NCBI GenBank assembly: GCA_949299335.1
Contig: CASGAD010000017.1
Span: forward strand, 764-64,763
Length of the DNA stretch: 64,000 nt
DNA from: an uncultured bacterium
GTDB lineage: Bacteria; Bacillota_I; Bacilli_A; RFN20; CAG-826
Direction of reading: 5' to 3'
This document shows positions 28,622 to 37,611 of this stretch, in pieces. A model generated the notes under the pieces. The model had not been told where the DNA came from. It searched no databases and saw nothing but the letters and a program-made list of their open reading frames with translations. The stretch's first letter is position 1. Each line of letters opens with the position of its first letter. Position numbers and translations under genes: made by a program.

Positions 28622-30085
28622 ATGAAATTTTATAAAGATGCAGTTCGAGCGTCCACTAAAGAAGAAATTGCTAAACCGTTTGGTTGGCGAGATAAAATCT
28701 CTTATGGATTAGGAGATTTTGGATGCAACATGTCGTTTGCTTTAAATGCTCAACTTATGGCGTTTTGGACCCAATACATGGGCTTAAGTTTAACTGTTTG
28801 GGGAATATTGATACTTTGCTTAAAAATTTGGGATGCAGTAAATGATCCTATTATGGGCGGATTAATGGACTTTATTAAACCAAAACCTGGACAGTCTAAG
28901 TTTAAACCATGGATTTTCTGGGGCTCATTTGTGTTGATTTTTACCGGAGCCTTATGCTTTATACCAATTAAAGATGCTCCTTTAGCTTTGAAAATTGTGA
29001 TTTGTATTGTTGGCTATTTATTATGGGATATGTCGTATACTATCGTTAATGTTCCTTATGGCTCAATGAATTCGGTTATTACATCAAATTCTAGTGAACG
29101 TAGCCAATTATCAACTTGGAGAAGCATCGGTGCTTTAATCGCTCAAGTTATAATTTTAATTCTTATTCCAATTTTAATTTTTGACTCTAATAATGTTATT
29201 TTAGGTGAAAGATTAATTATTATCGGAATTACCTTAGGTGTTATTGGTTTAATTTCATTTCAAGTATTACTTCGTGGAACTATTGAAAGAGTCCAAGTTG
29301 ATTATGAGACTCAAAGAAAAGAACATAAATATAATTATTTTAAATCGATTGGTGCTTTCTTTACTAATCGCTCGGCTGTTTCTTTAACAGTTTCTTCAAT
29401 TTTCCAACTTTTAGCCTTAGCATTTATGCAAAATTTAAGCACTATCTTTATTCAAATTGCTTTACCTGGTATGGCTAAATTTAGTGGAGTTATTACTTTA
29501 CTTGGATTCTTACCTGCTTTCTTTTTTGTTCCTTTTATTAAACAAATCGTTGAAAAGTTCGGTAAAAAAGAAGCTAGTACTTGGCCTTTATTATGTGGTG
29601 GAGTTGCTGGAATAATTTTACTCTGTTTACCAATTGAAAGTTTTTCAACTGGTGTTGGTATGTTTTTATGGGTTTTAAGTGCTTTCTTTGTTGGACTTGG
29701 CATTGCTGTTAATAGTATGGTTACTTGGGCAATGGTTGCTGATTGTATTGATGCTCAAGAATTGCAAACTGGTAAAAGAGAAGAAGGAGTAGTTTACGCT
29801 ACTTATTCATTAGGAAGAAAATTAGCTCAAGGTTTTGGAGCTAGCTTAGTAAGTTTACTATTAATTTTTACAACTTATGATCCTCAAATAGATGTTAATT
29901 TACAAGTAGAAGGTACTGCAGGACAAGTAAGAATTTTACTTGGTATAGTTTATATTGTAACCTTTATGGTTCAATTCTTCGTTTTACTATTTGGTTATGA
30001 TTTAAATAAGAAAAAAGTTGCAGAAATGGAAGCTAAACTTGGTAGAGCAAACGAAGTCAAGCCTACTGAAGAATTTAATGACTAA
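28622..30085 (+). CDS. glycoside-pentoside-hexuronide (GPH) family cation symporter
   Basis: KISYGLGDFGCNMSFALNAQLMAFWTQYMGL...KIWDAVNDPIMGGLMD matches the GPH signature. 12-TM pattern. AAGGAG lies upstream of the ATG. Confidence 0.85.
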   Translation: MKFYKDAVRASTKEEIAKPFGWRDKISYGLGDFGCNMSFALNAQLMAFWTQYMGLSLTVWGILILCLKIWDAVNDPIMGGLMDFIKPKPGQSKFKPWIFWGSFVLIFTGALCFIPIKDAPLALKIVICIVGYLLWDMSYTIVNVPYGSMNSVITSNSSERSQLSTWRSIGALIAQVIILILIPILIFDSNNVILGERLIIIGITLGVIGLISFQVLLRGTIERVQVDYETQRKEHKYNYFKSIGAFFTNRSAVSLTVSSIFQLLALAFMQNLSTIFIQIALPGMAKFSGVITLLGFLPAFFFVPFIKQIVEKFGKKEASTWPLLCGGVAGIILLCLPIESFSTGVGMFLWVLSAFFVGLGIAVNSMVTWAMVADCIDAQELQTGKREEGVVYATYSLGRKLAQGFGASLVSLLLIFTTYDPQIDVNLQVEGTAGQVRILLGIVYIVTFMVQFFVLLFGYDLNKKKVAEMEAKLGRANEVKPTEEFND

Positions 30086-30160
30086 GATAGACTAATTTAC
30101 CACTTAAAATAATATATGTATTTAGAAAATTAATCGGTATAATATTACTAGGTTTTTAAT

Positions 30161-32683
30161 ATGAAAAGTAAGTACTTATATAGTAAAGGTAAAGAAGTTT
30201 ATTTTGATGATTTAGTGATAGAATATTTAGTTGCTAAAGAAATTGCTTCACTAGATAAATATAATGAAATTGGTGAAGAAGTCTTAAATAAAGTTGTTAA
30301 GACTTTAGAAAATAGAAATATTAAAGTTAAAAAATCCATCTTATCTAATTACATTTTTAAAATATTAAAAGTGTATCGTAAAAATATTGGTTGCCCATTA
30401 TTTCAAACTTTTGAAAGTATTTTTAAGTCAACTGATATTGTTTATTTAAATGCTTATCGCTTAAAAGATCGAGTAACTTTAATTAATGACTTATCTCGTA
30501 TTTTTTTACAAACCGATATTTATATTGAAGACTACTTGCCATATGTAATTAGTGGACTTAATTCTTTTAATGAATTTAATGAACTTAAAATAAAGTCCTA
30601 TATTTTTAACTTTTTATATAATTATGACTCAGTTAAAGAAAAAGTAATTAATGCTATTAAAGAAGTGGACTTAAGTTATGAAGAAGTAGACATATCTTTA
30701 TTGTTTAAAAATAAAAAACTAATTAAATTACTTTATCGAAATGCAGTTAATACTTTTAAAGATTTAAAAGAGTTAGATAGCGATTTAATTACTCTATTAG
30801 TTTTCTTCGACTATCCTTTATTTATTAATAAATTAAAGTTAATGAAAGAAGAATTAACTAATGAAGTTTTACTTTCTATTATTAATGATGCTTTTACTAA
30901 ATTAACTAAAATTGAGTATCAGGTCTTGAGTTTAAAAGAAGGATTTAATGATACTAAAAAATATAGTAATGAAGAAATAGCTTTAAAAGTTTCTAGGGCC
31001 AAAGATAGAGTTAGAATCATTTTAAATTCTATAAATACAAAAATTAAGCAAAGTAAATTAGATGAAATTAGTTTACCTTTATTTGTAACATTTTTAAAAG
31101 TTAAAAATAATCAAAAATATCTTAGTTTTGAAGGGTTAATTTCTTATTTTAATGATGAATTAATAGTTAATAAGCTTATTTATTTATATAGTTTAGATGA
31201 CTCTAATATCTCTTATTCTAGTAACTATCATATTCTATATCTTCCTTATGAATTTAGTATTAGAAGCTATATTGATGACTTTTTAAAAGAGCATAGTTTA
31301 TATGTTTTAGGTTTAGATTATGAAGCTTCTTTTTTATTTAAAAAAGCGATTATAAAAGAAAACTATCGATTTATAGCTAATAAAAACTATTACTTAAGAA
31401 AAGGTAAAAACGAAAGTGAAATCATCGCTTTACTTTTAGAGACAGAATTTAAAGACGGCTTTAAAGTTAATGACTTAAATGTCTTGTATTTAGTTAATGA
31501 AAAGTTAATTGAAAAGTTTAACACAAGCTTTAATTTAACCAATCGTTCTTTAGAAGGAATCATCACTAAATATAATTTCACTTTAATTGATAAAGGAACT
31601 TATAAATCTAGTAAAAAAGTTGTTAAGCTAAATGAAGAATTAGTTGATAGTATTTTAGATTATATAGATTCTACTAATGGAAGCGTAAAATATGTCACCA
31701 TCTTTAATAAATTTAAAAATGAATTAAAGGAGTATGGTGTTTTAAATCAATATTACTTAAAGGGAATTATTGATTCTTATTTAAGTGAACTTTACATCCA
31801 TACTAGAGACTATATTAAGCCATTAAAATTAAAAGATTCATTTAAAAAGATGACTATTGATTACTTAAATAGTATCGATGGAAAGGTTACTTTTAATGAA
31901 TTTAATGCCTTACATAAAGAAATAAATGAATATATTTTTTTAGATGCAATTAATTCATTAAATCGTTATGTTCAATTTGAAAACGAAGAATTTATTCCTT
32001 TAAAAGATTTTGCTTTATCTAAAGAATTAATAGATAAACTTAAAGAGATTATTAATGAATATTTAAAGAAAAATTCTTTAGATTTTTTAACTTCTAGAGG
32101 TTTATTTGATTATATATTTAATGCACATAAAGAAGAGTACGACTATTTAATTAGTTTAAATATTAGTAATCACTTTAGACTATATTCTTTGCTTCATACC
32201 TTATTTAACGATTTTTATTATTATAAGCGACCTATTATTTCAATTAAAAAGTTAAATAGTCTTAATCAATTTGAAATGATTGCTAGTTACTTAAATTCTT
32301 TAAATGAATTTGACTCTAAAGATCTTTTAAGTTACATCAAAGAGTATAGTTTAAGACCTATTCAAAACTATTTAGAGTTTTATTTAGACTATTTGCCTGA
32401 TTTTATTTTAGTAGACAAAAATAAGTTTATTAAAAAAGAATTATTAGTAGTTAATGACAATAATTTACTAGAGATTAAAGATTTCTTACTTTCTTATTTA
32501 TCTACTAATGAAAAACTAGATTCTAGTGAATTTAATGCCTATAAAGCTTTGCCTTTATTAAATTACTCTTGGAATAAGTATTTACTTTTTGGAGTGATTA
32601 ATTCTTATTTATCTAATTTATTTAATTTAACTATAGTCTCTAATAGTTTAAGAAATGGTGACTATACTATTGCTTTAAAATAA
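30161..32683 (+). CDS. 840-aa cytoplasmic protein of unknown function with an internal sigma-70 region-4-like HTH
   Basis: Long uninterrupted ORF with no TM helix and no Walker motif seen. LTKIEYQVLSLKEGFNDTKKYSNEEIALKVSRAKDRVRIILNSINTKIKQ resembles sigma-70 region 4. Confidence 0.55.
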   Translation: MKSKYLYSKGKEVYFDDLVIEYLVAKEIASLDKYNEIGEEVLNKVVKTLENRNIKVKKSILSNYIFKILKVYRKNIGCPLFQTFESIFKSTDIVYLNAYRLKDRVTLINDLSRIFLQTDIYIEDYLPYVISGLNSFNEFNELKIKSYIFNFLYNYDSVKEKVINAIKEVDLSYEEVDISLLFKNKKLIKLLYRNAVNTFKDLKELDSDLITLLVFFDYPLFINKLKLMKEELTNEVLLSIINDAFTKLTKIEYQVLSLKEGFNDTKKYSNEEIALKVSRAKDRVRIILNSINTKIKQSKLDEISLPLFVTFLKVKNNQKYLSFEGLISYFNDELIVNKLIYLYSLDDSNISYSSNYHILYLPYEFSIRSYIDDFLKEHSLYVLGLDYEASFLFKKAIIKENYRFIANKNYYLRKGKNESEIIALLLETEFKDGFKVNDLNVLYLVNEKLIEKFNTSFNLTNRSLEGIITKYNFTLIDKGTYKSSKKVVKLNEELVDSILDYIDSTNGSVKYVTIFNKFKNELKEYGVLNQYYLKGIIDSYLSELYIHTRDYIKPLKLKDSFKKMTIDYLNSIDGKVTFNEFNALHKEINEYIFLDAINSLNRYVQFENEEFIPLKDFALSKELIDKLKEIINEYLKKNSLDFLTSRGLFDYIFNAHKEEYDYLISLNISNHFRLYSLLHTLFNDFYYYKRPIISIKKLNSLNQFEMIASYLNSLNEFDSKDLLSYIKEYSLRPIQNYLEFYLDYLPDFILVDKNKFIKKELLVVNDNNLLEIKDFLLSYLSTNEKLDSSEFNAYKALPLLNYSWNKYLLFGVINSYLSNLFNLTIVSNSLRNGDYTIALK

Positions 32684-33123
32684 ATTTAAACGATATTAAG
32701 ATTACTTTAATTTTAAAGTTGATATAATCAAGAAATATTTTTATTTATTAAGAATTCATAGCAAATTTAAACTTTAATTTAGTTCTATGATATATTTTTT
32801 GATATGAAAAAATAGAGGGAACAAATGATGGTAAAAGAACTAGTTTTAATATATAAAGGGGTGAATGAAGTCAATGCTACGTGTGGCATTGACATTATTA
32901 GTCTTGCTATTAAAACTAGTTCTTTTATTACTAGAAGAATTAAATTGAGCATTAGTTATTTTATTAGATCAATTTACTATTACTTTTATTATATCTTTAC
33001 TTCATTAAGAACTTATAGTTATTAACTTATTGACTACTTTATAGCTAAGTAAAGCTAATGAAGTATATTAAGAACCTTGGATTTGACTATTACAAACTTA
33101 ATGTTCTTAATAGTTAAATAGAT

Positions 33124-33287
33124 AAAATATCGACCTAGACTAACAATAATTTCTTTCCTATTAAACATATTTGGTTAACAAAGAAGTGCAAATAAATGTC
33201 ACTTTTAAATAAAAAAATGCGTTAAATTAAATTTTTCTCTACAATTTACGAAACTAAAAATTTCTGAGTTAGTCTAGGTCATATTTT
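33124..33287. repeat. inverted repeat pair (13 bp perfect, 20 of 21 with flanks) bracketing about 123 bp
   Basis: AAAATAT-C-GACCTAGACTAAC (33124-33144) against GTTAGTCTAGGTC-ATATTTT (33268-33287). Confidence 0.9.
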
Positions 33288-33288
33288 G

Positions 33289-33318
33289 AATAACTTCCAT
33301 GTTTGGAAGTTATTTTTT
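33289..33318 (+). terminator. intrinsic terminator hairpin in a region with no annotated gene
   Basis: AATAACTTCC (33289-33298), loop ATGTTT, GGAAGTTATT (33305-33314), running into T6. Confidence 0.75.
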
Positions 33319-33525
33319 ATTTTATGAAACTTAAATTTTAATTCGAGTAAATTTAAAGAAATTTCTAGTTTTTTACTGATAGAGTCTTTATTAGGGTCAA
33401 TTTATGTCATCATTAATCATAAAGAGTGTCACTATTTTGTTATTTTTATGATCTATGGTTAATTAAAGCTTATGATTTTAGCTAAAAATATTACCTTTTT
33501 AAGAAAGTTAGATTATATCTAAAAA

Positions 33526-33555
33526 TTGACAAAGCATATTTTTTAGGGGTATCAT
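33526..33555 (+). promoter_or_regulatory. sigma-70-type promoter candidate for the 17-kb operon (TTGACA - 18 nt - TATCAT)
   Basis: -35 at 33526-33531 and -10 at 33550-33555. This would give a 5' UTR of roughly 185 nt containing nested inverted repeats (TAAGACTT/AAGTCTTA and ACTATT/AATAGT). Confidence 0.4.
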
Positions 33556-33746
33556 TAAGTCATGAAAAAAGTAAAAGGGCTTAAATAATTATTTGGATAA
33601 GCAAAAAGCAATAATAATTTAAGTTTTAAGACTTACTATTCTGAAATTCCTTAGTAATAGTATGTTTAGAAAGTCTTACTTATGGGGTAAAAAAGATAAC
33701 ATATTAAAAACCTCAAGAAGTTTCTATCTTAATGGAGGAGTATAAG

Positions 33747-34559
33747 ATGAGAAAATTAAAATCGGCAAATAAAAGAAAATGGATTGTCGGAGGAACGGCT
33801 TTTTTCCTTGGAGTGATGGTATTATCGACAGGTTTTGCGACTTGGATCATCGGTATCAATGTTGCTAGTGTAGATAATGGTGGCACAAACGCAATCGTAG
33901 ATGGAACTAAAAGTAATAATTTTGAATTAAAGGTAGATTTTACAAGAGATAATAGTATTATTGTGACTGAAAAAACAAGTTCTGATAGCCCTGCTAAAAA
34001 AGGCAATTTTACATTTGTAAACAATGGATATAAAGTAGATGAGGAATATAAAGACACAGACTTTATTGTATCTGGAACAATAACTTTAACTATTGGCAAT
34101 AATTCTGATTATTATGGCAAATCAATAGAGATAGTTCCTAGTTTTAATTATAGTGAACAAGGTGGAAAAATAGATGTCGATGATGAAAATAACGGCACTG
34201 ATAATAATAAGATTGATAATTATGAAGTTACATCGTGGAGAAATGCAGGAAATTATGAATATTTAGGTTTATGCGATTCAATAGAAGTGCCTACTAAAAC
34301 TAATGGCAATTGGACTGTTACTGATGATGGAACTAATATAGTTTACAAATTTGATGGAGAAATTGAGTTATTTAAGCGGGGCTCATATTTTAGTAATATG
34401 AAACCAAGTAAGTTTTATACAAGAACAACTACACCTGATTTTGTTGTTGATGGCGAAGCGTCAACCAAAATTGCTGCCGAAATGAATAAAATGGAAACGG
34501 CATTAAATGGAAAAAATATCCATGTTATATTAACAGCGCAAGCTAAGAAAGGCAATTAG
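33747..34559 (+). CDS. exported protein, paralog 1 of 5 (SipW-class-like signal peptide)
   Basis: ATG 33747 follows GGAGGAG. N-terminus MRKLKSANKRKW plus a hydrophobic helix ending GFATWIIG. The C-terminal region GSYFSNMKPSKFY matches the family motif. Confidence 0.75.
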   Translation: MRKLKSANKRKWIVGGTAFFLGVMVLSTGFATWIIGINVASVDNGGTNAIVDGTKSNNFELKVDFTRDNSIIVTEKTSSDSPAKKGNFTFVNNGYKVDEEYKDTDFIVSGTITLTIGNNSDYYGKSIEIVPSFNYSEQGGKIDVDDENNGTDNNKIDNYEVTSWRNAGNYEYLGLCDSIEVPTKTNGNWTVTDDGTNIVYKFDGEIELFKRGSYFSNMKPSKFYTRTTTPDFVVDGEASTKIAAEMNKMETALNGKNIHVILTAQAKKGN

Positions 34560-34571
34560 CATAGGCTTTTT

Positions 34572-35363
34572 ATGAAAAGCAAGAAGAATACAAAAATTTT
34601 GGGATTATGTATCTCATTTGCATGTGTTGCAATTGGTACTATAGGTTTATCAACATGGCTTATTGGTGTTGAGGATACAAAAGAAGAATTAAGTTTAACT
34701 TTAAGCGTTGATAACGTTAATTCAACTAGCTTGATTCTTGAGGCAACGTTTGAAGATGATCAAACTATAGCAATTGCAGAACGTGTCTCATATACTAAAG
34801 GAAGTAATGATATTATTGGTACTGATGATAAAGGTGGACTTAGTATTTCAGAAAACTCTTTATCATTTTCTTTTTCTGCTTTAAATATTTATACAACTGA
34901 TGAAAATTTTGATTTGAAAAAGTATAAATTGACAATTGATGTCGCTTTGCCAGAAGAGAATAAAATAAGTGTTAAAGAAACTACTAATTCCACTACAGTA
35001 TTTCATCCAAATGAAACTGATTTTAACTATTTAACTTTTAACACAATTTCATGGGGAGGCGAAAATCTCAGTAATAAGATTTCGAAAGATAACGATTATA
35101 CTTCATCAAACGGATTATATAGATATCAATTAAATAATGGTGAGAATAATTTTAAACTGGAATGGGGCAATTTTTTTGAGCAGAAATCGCCTGTAAATTT
35201 TTATAATGAGAAATATCATGTTGTATCATCAACGTTAACCGCAGAAGAAAAAGTTTCTTATGTTAACGCGGCTGTTAATGAAATAACTACAATGAAAAAC
35301 AGATTGGAGGATGCGACTGTAAAAGTAACAGTTACGCTTGAGACTTATGAAAGCCAACAATAA
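34572..35363 (+). CDS. exported protein, paralog 2 of 5
   Basis: N-terminal basic region plus a helix ending GLSTWLIG. C-terminal FKLEWGNFFEQKSPVNFY. Confidence 0.75.
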   Translation: MKSKKNTKILGLCISFACVAIGTIGLSTWLIGVEDTKEELSLTLSVDNVNSTSLILEATFEDDQTIAIAERVSYTKGSNDIIGTDDKGGLSISENSLSFSFSALNIYTTDENFDLKKYKLTIDVALPEENKISVKETTNSTTVFHPNETDFNYLTFNTISWGGENLSNKISKDNDYTSSNGLYRYQLNNGENNFKLEWGNFFEQKSPVNFYNEKYHVVSSTLTAEEKVSYVNAAVNEITTMKNRLEDATVKVTVTLETYESQQ

Positions 35364-36099
35364 AAATAAAAAAATAATTTTTATTATCTCTTCCATTATG
35401 TGTGTTTCTGTGCTTTCTGTTGGATTATCAACATGGGTTGCAGGAATTGAAGTTAAGAATGATTCTGATTATGCAACGATTGAAGTTGATAGTGTTTCGA
35501 ACCAATCTAAATTTTTAGATATTGTATTCGCAAATGGTGAAAAGATAGTATTATCTGAAAATACGACTGGTGATGTTTGGAAAAATGATGGGTCAGAAGC
35601 TGATTTCGAACTTGATATATCTTCTAGTAGAGTAATGCTTGGAAAGGGATTAAGTGGTAATTCGCCAACCGTCTCATTATCTAAAATTGAGTTCAATAAA
35701 GAAAATTTCACTTATAATAATATAAACACTGGTATTTTTTATAATAATAATGGCAGCCAGTTATCTTATATCAAATTGAAATCTAGTTATCAAGAAATAA
35801 CATGTACTCAAATATCAGAAAATGACTTGTCTGAATCTGAAAAGAATTTGTCTACTAATTATATTTTTTATAAATTGGACACTACAAAGATTGAATTCGA
35901 ATGGGGCAGTGCGTTTAATAATGAATCGCCATGTACATATTTAAATGATGAATATAGTAAATGGATCGGAGGCGAAGGAGTTGATTCAACGAATTTAGAC
36001 AAAGCTCAAAAAATTGCTGATCAAGAAAATTTTTTAAATGTTTTTAAAAATGCTTTTGATAGCTTAAAAATGACTTTCTTTTTTACATTGAATATTTAA
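35347..36099 (+). CDS. exported protein, paralog 3 of 5
   Basis: ATG 35347 (MKANNKNKK) is preferred; the track's start at 35338 is TTG. The helix ends GLSTWVAG. C-terminal IEFEWGSAFNNESPCTY. Overlaps paralog 2 by 17 nt. Confidence 0.75.
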   Translation: MKANNKNKKIIFIISSIMCVSVLSVGLSTWVAGIEVKNDSDYATIEVDSVSNQSKFLDIVFANGEKIVLSENTTGDVWKNDGSEADFELDISSSRVMLGKGLSGNSPTVSLSKIEFNKENFTYNNINTGIFYNNNGSQLSYIKLKSSYQEITCTQISENDLSESEKNLSTNYIFYKLDTTKIEFEWGSAFNNESPCTYLNDEYSKWIGGEGVDSTNLDKAQKIADQENFLNVFKNAFDSLKMTFFFTLNI

Positions 36100-36100
36100 T

Positions 36101-36925
36101 ATGATTAAACCAAAGCTGAAAAATAATAGAAATTTTGTTGTTATTACAACGTTGATAATGATTGCTTTAGTAAGCGTTGGTTTTTCAAGTTGGATTGCAG
36201 GAAATGGCGTGACAAGCAGTAACACATCTACAATGATTAATATGGAAATCGTTGCAAATCACGTAGTTTTTAGCGAAATAATACCTTATCAAAAGAGTGA
36301 AGATGGAACTTTTGAAAAAGTTGATAAAATTGGGGATATTAAGTTTGCGCCTGAAAATGATGTGATTGATGGTGAAAGCACAAGTAATTCGAATAATGTT
36401 GAAATTCCTATTGAAATTGAACTAATTGTGTCTAATACATTAAAAATTACCCAAATCGAAATGAATTCTAATATTTCCATTGGGGATACAGTAAATAATA
36501 CTGAAGCAGGAGCTTTTAATGATATAGAAATAACAACCAAAAACTTTTTTGACAGGGAAATTGGTAAATATCAATATATATGTTTGTCTGATGTAGATAT
36601 CGATATAACATCTTTGACATATGAGGATTATAAAATTGAAGGAAATGCTACCAGTTATAAAAAATATATTATTGATTTGACAGATAAACTCCAAATAAAT
36701 TATGGAAATTATTTTAACAATCAGTCACCACAAGAATTTTATAATAATGCAATAGGATTAGCACTTAGAAATTATCAGGCAAATCAAACAGAAGATAATA
36801 AAAATAAATATCTGCTTACAGTTCAAGAAGCATATAAAGAATTAGAACTGATGAGGGAAAAATTAGGAAGTCAGAAAATTAATATAGAATTTACAGTGTC
36901 AACTGAAGAATTAAGTGAGGTATAA
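36101..36925 (+). CDS. exported protein, paralog 4 of 5
   Basis: The helix ends GFSSWIAG. C-terminal LQINYGNYFNNQSPQEFY. The start lies 1 nt after the previous stop. Confidence 0.75.
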   Translation: MIKPKLKNNRNFVVITTLIMIALVSVGFSSWIAGNGVTSSNTSTMINMEIVANHVVFSEIIPYQKSEDGTFEKVDKIGDIKFAPENDVIDGESTSNSNNVEIPIEIELIVSNTLKITQIEMNSNISIGDTVNNTEAGAFNDIEITTKNFFDREIGKYQYICLSDVDIDITSLTYEDYKIEGNATSYKKYIIDLTDKLQINYGNYFNNQSPQEFYNNAIGLALRNYQANQTEDNKNKYLLTVQEAYKELELMREKLGSQKINIEFTVSTEELSEV

Positions 36926-36927
36926 AT

Positions 36928-37608
36928 ATGAAAAAAAACAAAAGCAAAAAAATGGTATGGATTGTAAGTTTACTTACATGCGTCGGGATTGGAACACTTG
37001 GTTTTGCTAGTTTCATTTTAGGAGGTGTTACTAGTGCAACAGAACAAGTCACAATTAATGTCGGTGATGTAGTAGATAATGCAGTCGTAACTAAAATTAG
37101 TGAAAATCCAGACTTGAATATTTCATTTGATTTTAAAAACAATGGTTTAAATGAAAGTATTACTAATGGAGATAATAAAACAGAAGATTTAGAGTTTTCC
37201 TTTACATTTACAATCTCAGCGAATAAGTCTCTAACTGAATTATTGCAAAATGTTACAATTAAATTCACTGCTAACGATGATTTATTATCTTATTCTAATG
37301 GAAATTATGTTAATTTGCCTTTTACAAATTTATCAGAAAATTCCATAACAATTGAGACTAAAGAGACAACAATAAGTGGAACAAATAATGCCAAAACTAT
37401 TGCTAAATCTACATTAAATTCAAACAACATGACCTTAAGCTGTGAGGTTACTTCGACATTTGAATGGGGATCTGAATTTGATAATAAAAATCCATGTGAT
37501 TATACTGCTACTGGATGGGAAAATAAATTAAGAACATTTGGAAATTTGAAATCTCAACATAGTAATCCAAAAATTGAAGTTTTAATTCAACCAAATTTGA
37601 AAGCTTAA
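36928..37608 (+). CDS. exported protein, paralog 5 of 5
   Basis: The helix ends GFASFILG. C-terminal STFEWGSEFDNKNPCDY. A8 and A7 tracts occupy codons 2-8. Confidence 0.75.
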   Translation: MKKNKSKKMVWIVSLLTCVGIGTLGFASFILGGVTSATEQVTINVGDVVDNAVVTKISENPDLNISFDFKNNGLNESITNGDNKTEDLEFSFTFTISANKSLTELLQNVTIKFTANDDLLSYSNGNYVNLPFTNLSENSITIETKETTISGTNNAKTIAKSTLNSNNMTLSCEVTSTFEWGSEFDNKNPCDYTATGWENKLRTFGNLKSQHSNPKIEVLIQPNLKA

Positions 37609-37611
37609 TAT

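Noticed and set aside
32825-33025. 66-aa ORF (MMVKELVLIYKG...) in the long spacer, preceded by AGAGGGA
   Set aside because: The Tyr/Ile/Phe-rich tail looks like translated AT-rich spacer, and no motif is present. It is kept only as a possible small protein that might explain the orphan terminator at 33289-33318.
33713-34099. Antisense ORFs nested inside long plus-strand genes in the operon. These are 33713-34099, 35469-35711, 36289-36540, 36440-36694, 36891-37268, 38244-38678, 46531-47010, 47135-47341 and 49871-50128.
   Set aside because: Each lies fully inside a much longer, motif-supported ORF on the other strand. Their translations are low-complexity S/L/F/I-rich shadows, and they have no SD.
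33747-37608. Reading the five paralogs as type IV pilins or pseudopilins
   Set aside because: Type IV prepilins have the G/F-T-L-I-E cleavage motif before the hydrophobic helix. Here the conserved G-F-S-T-W-I-x-G lies after the helix, as in SipW-class signal peptides. The adjacent peptidase is S26B, not a PilD/ComC aspartic protease.
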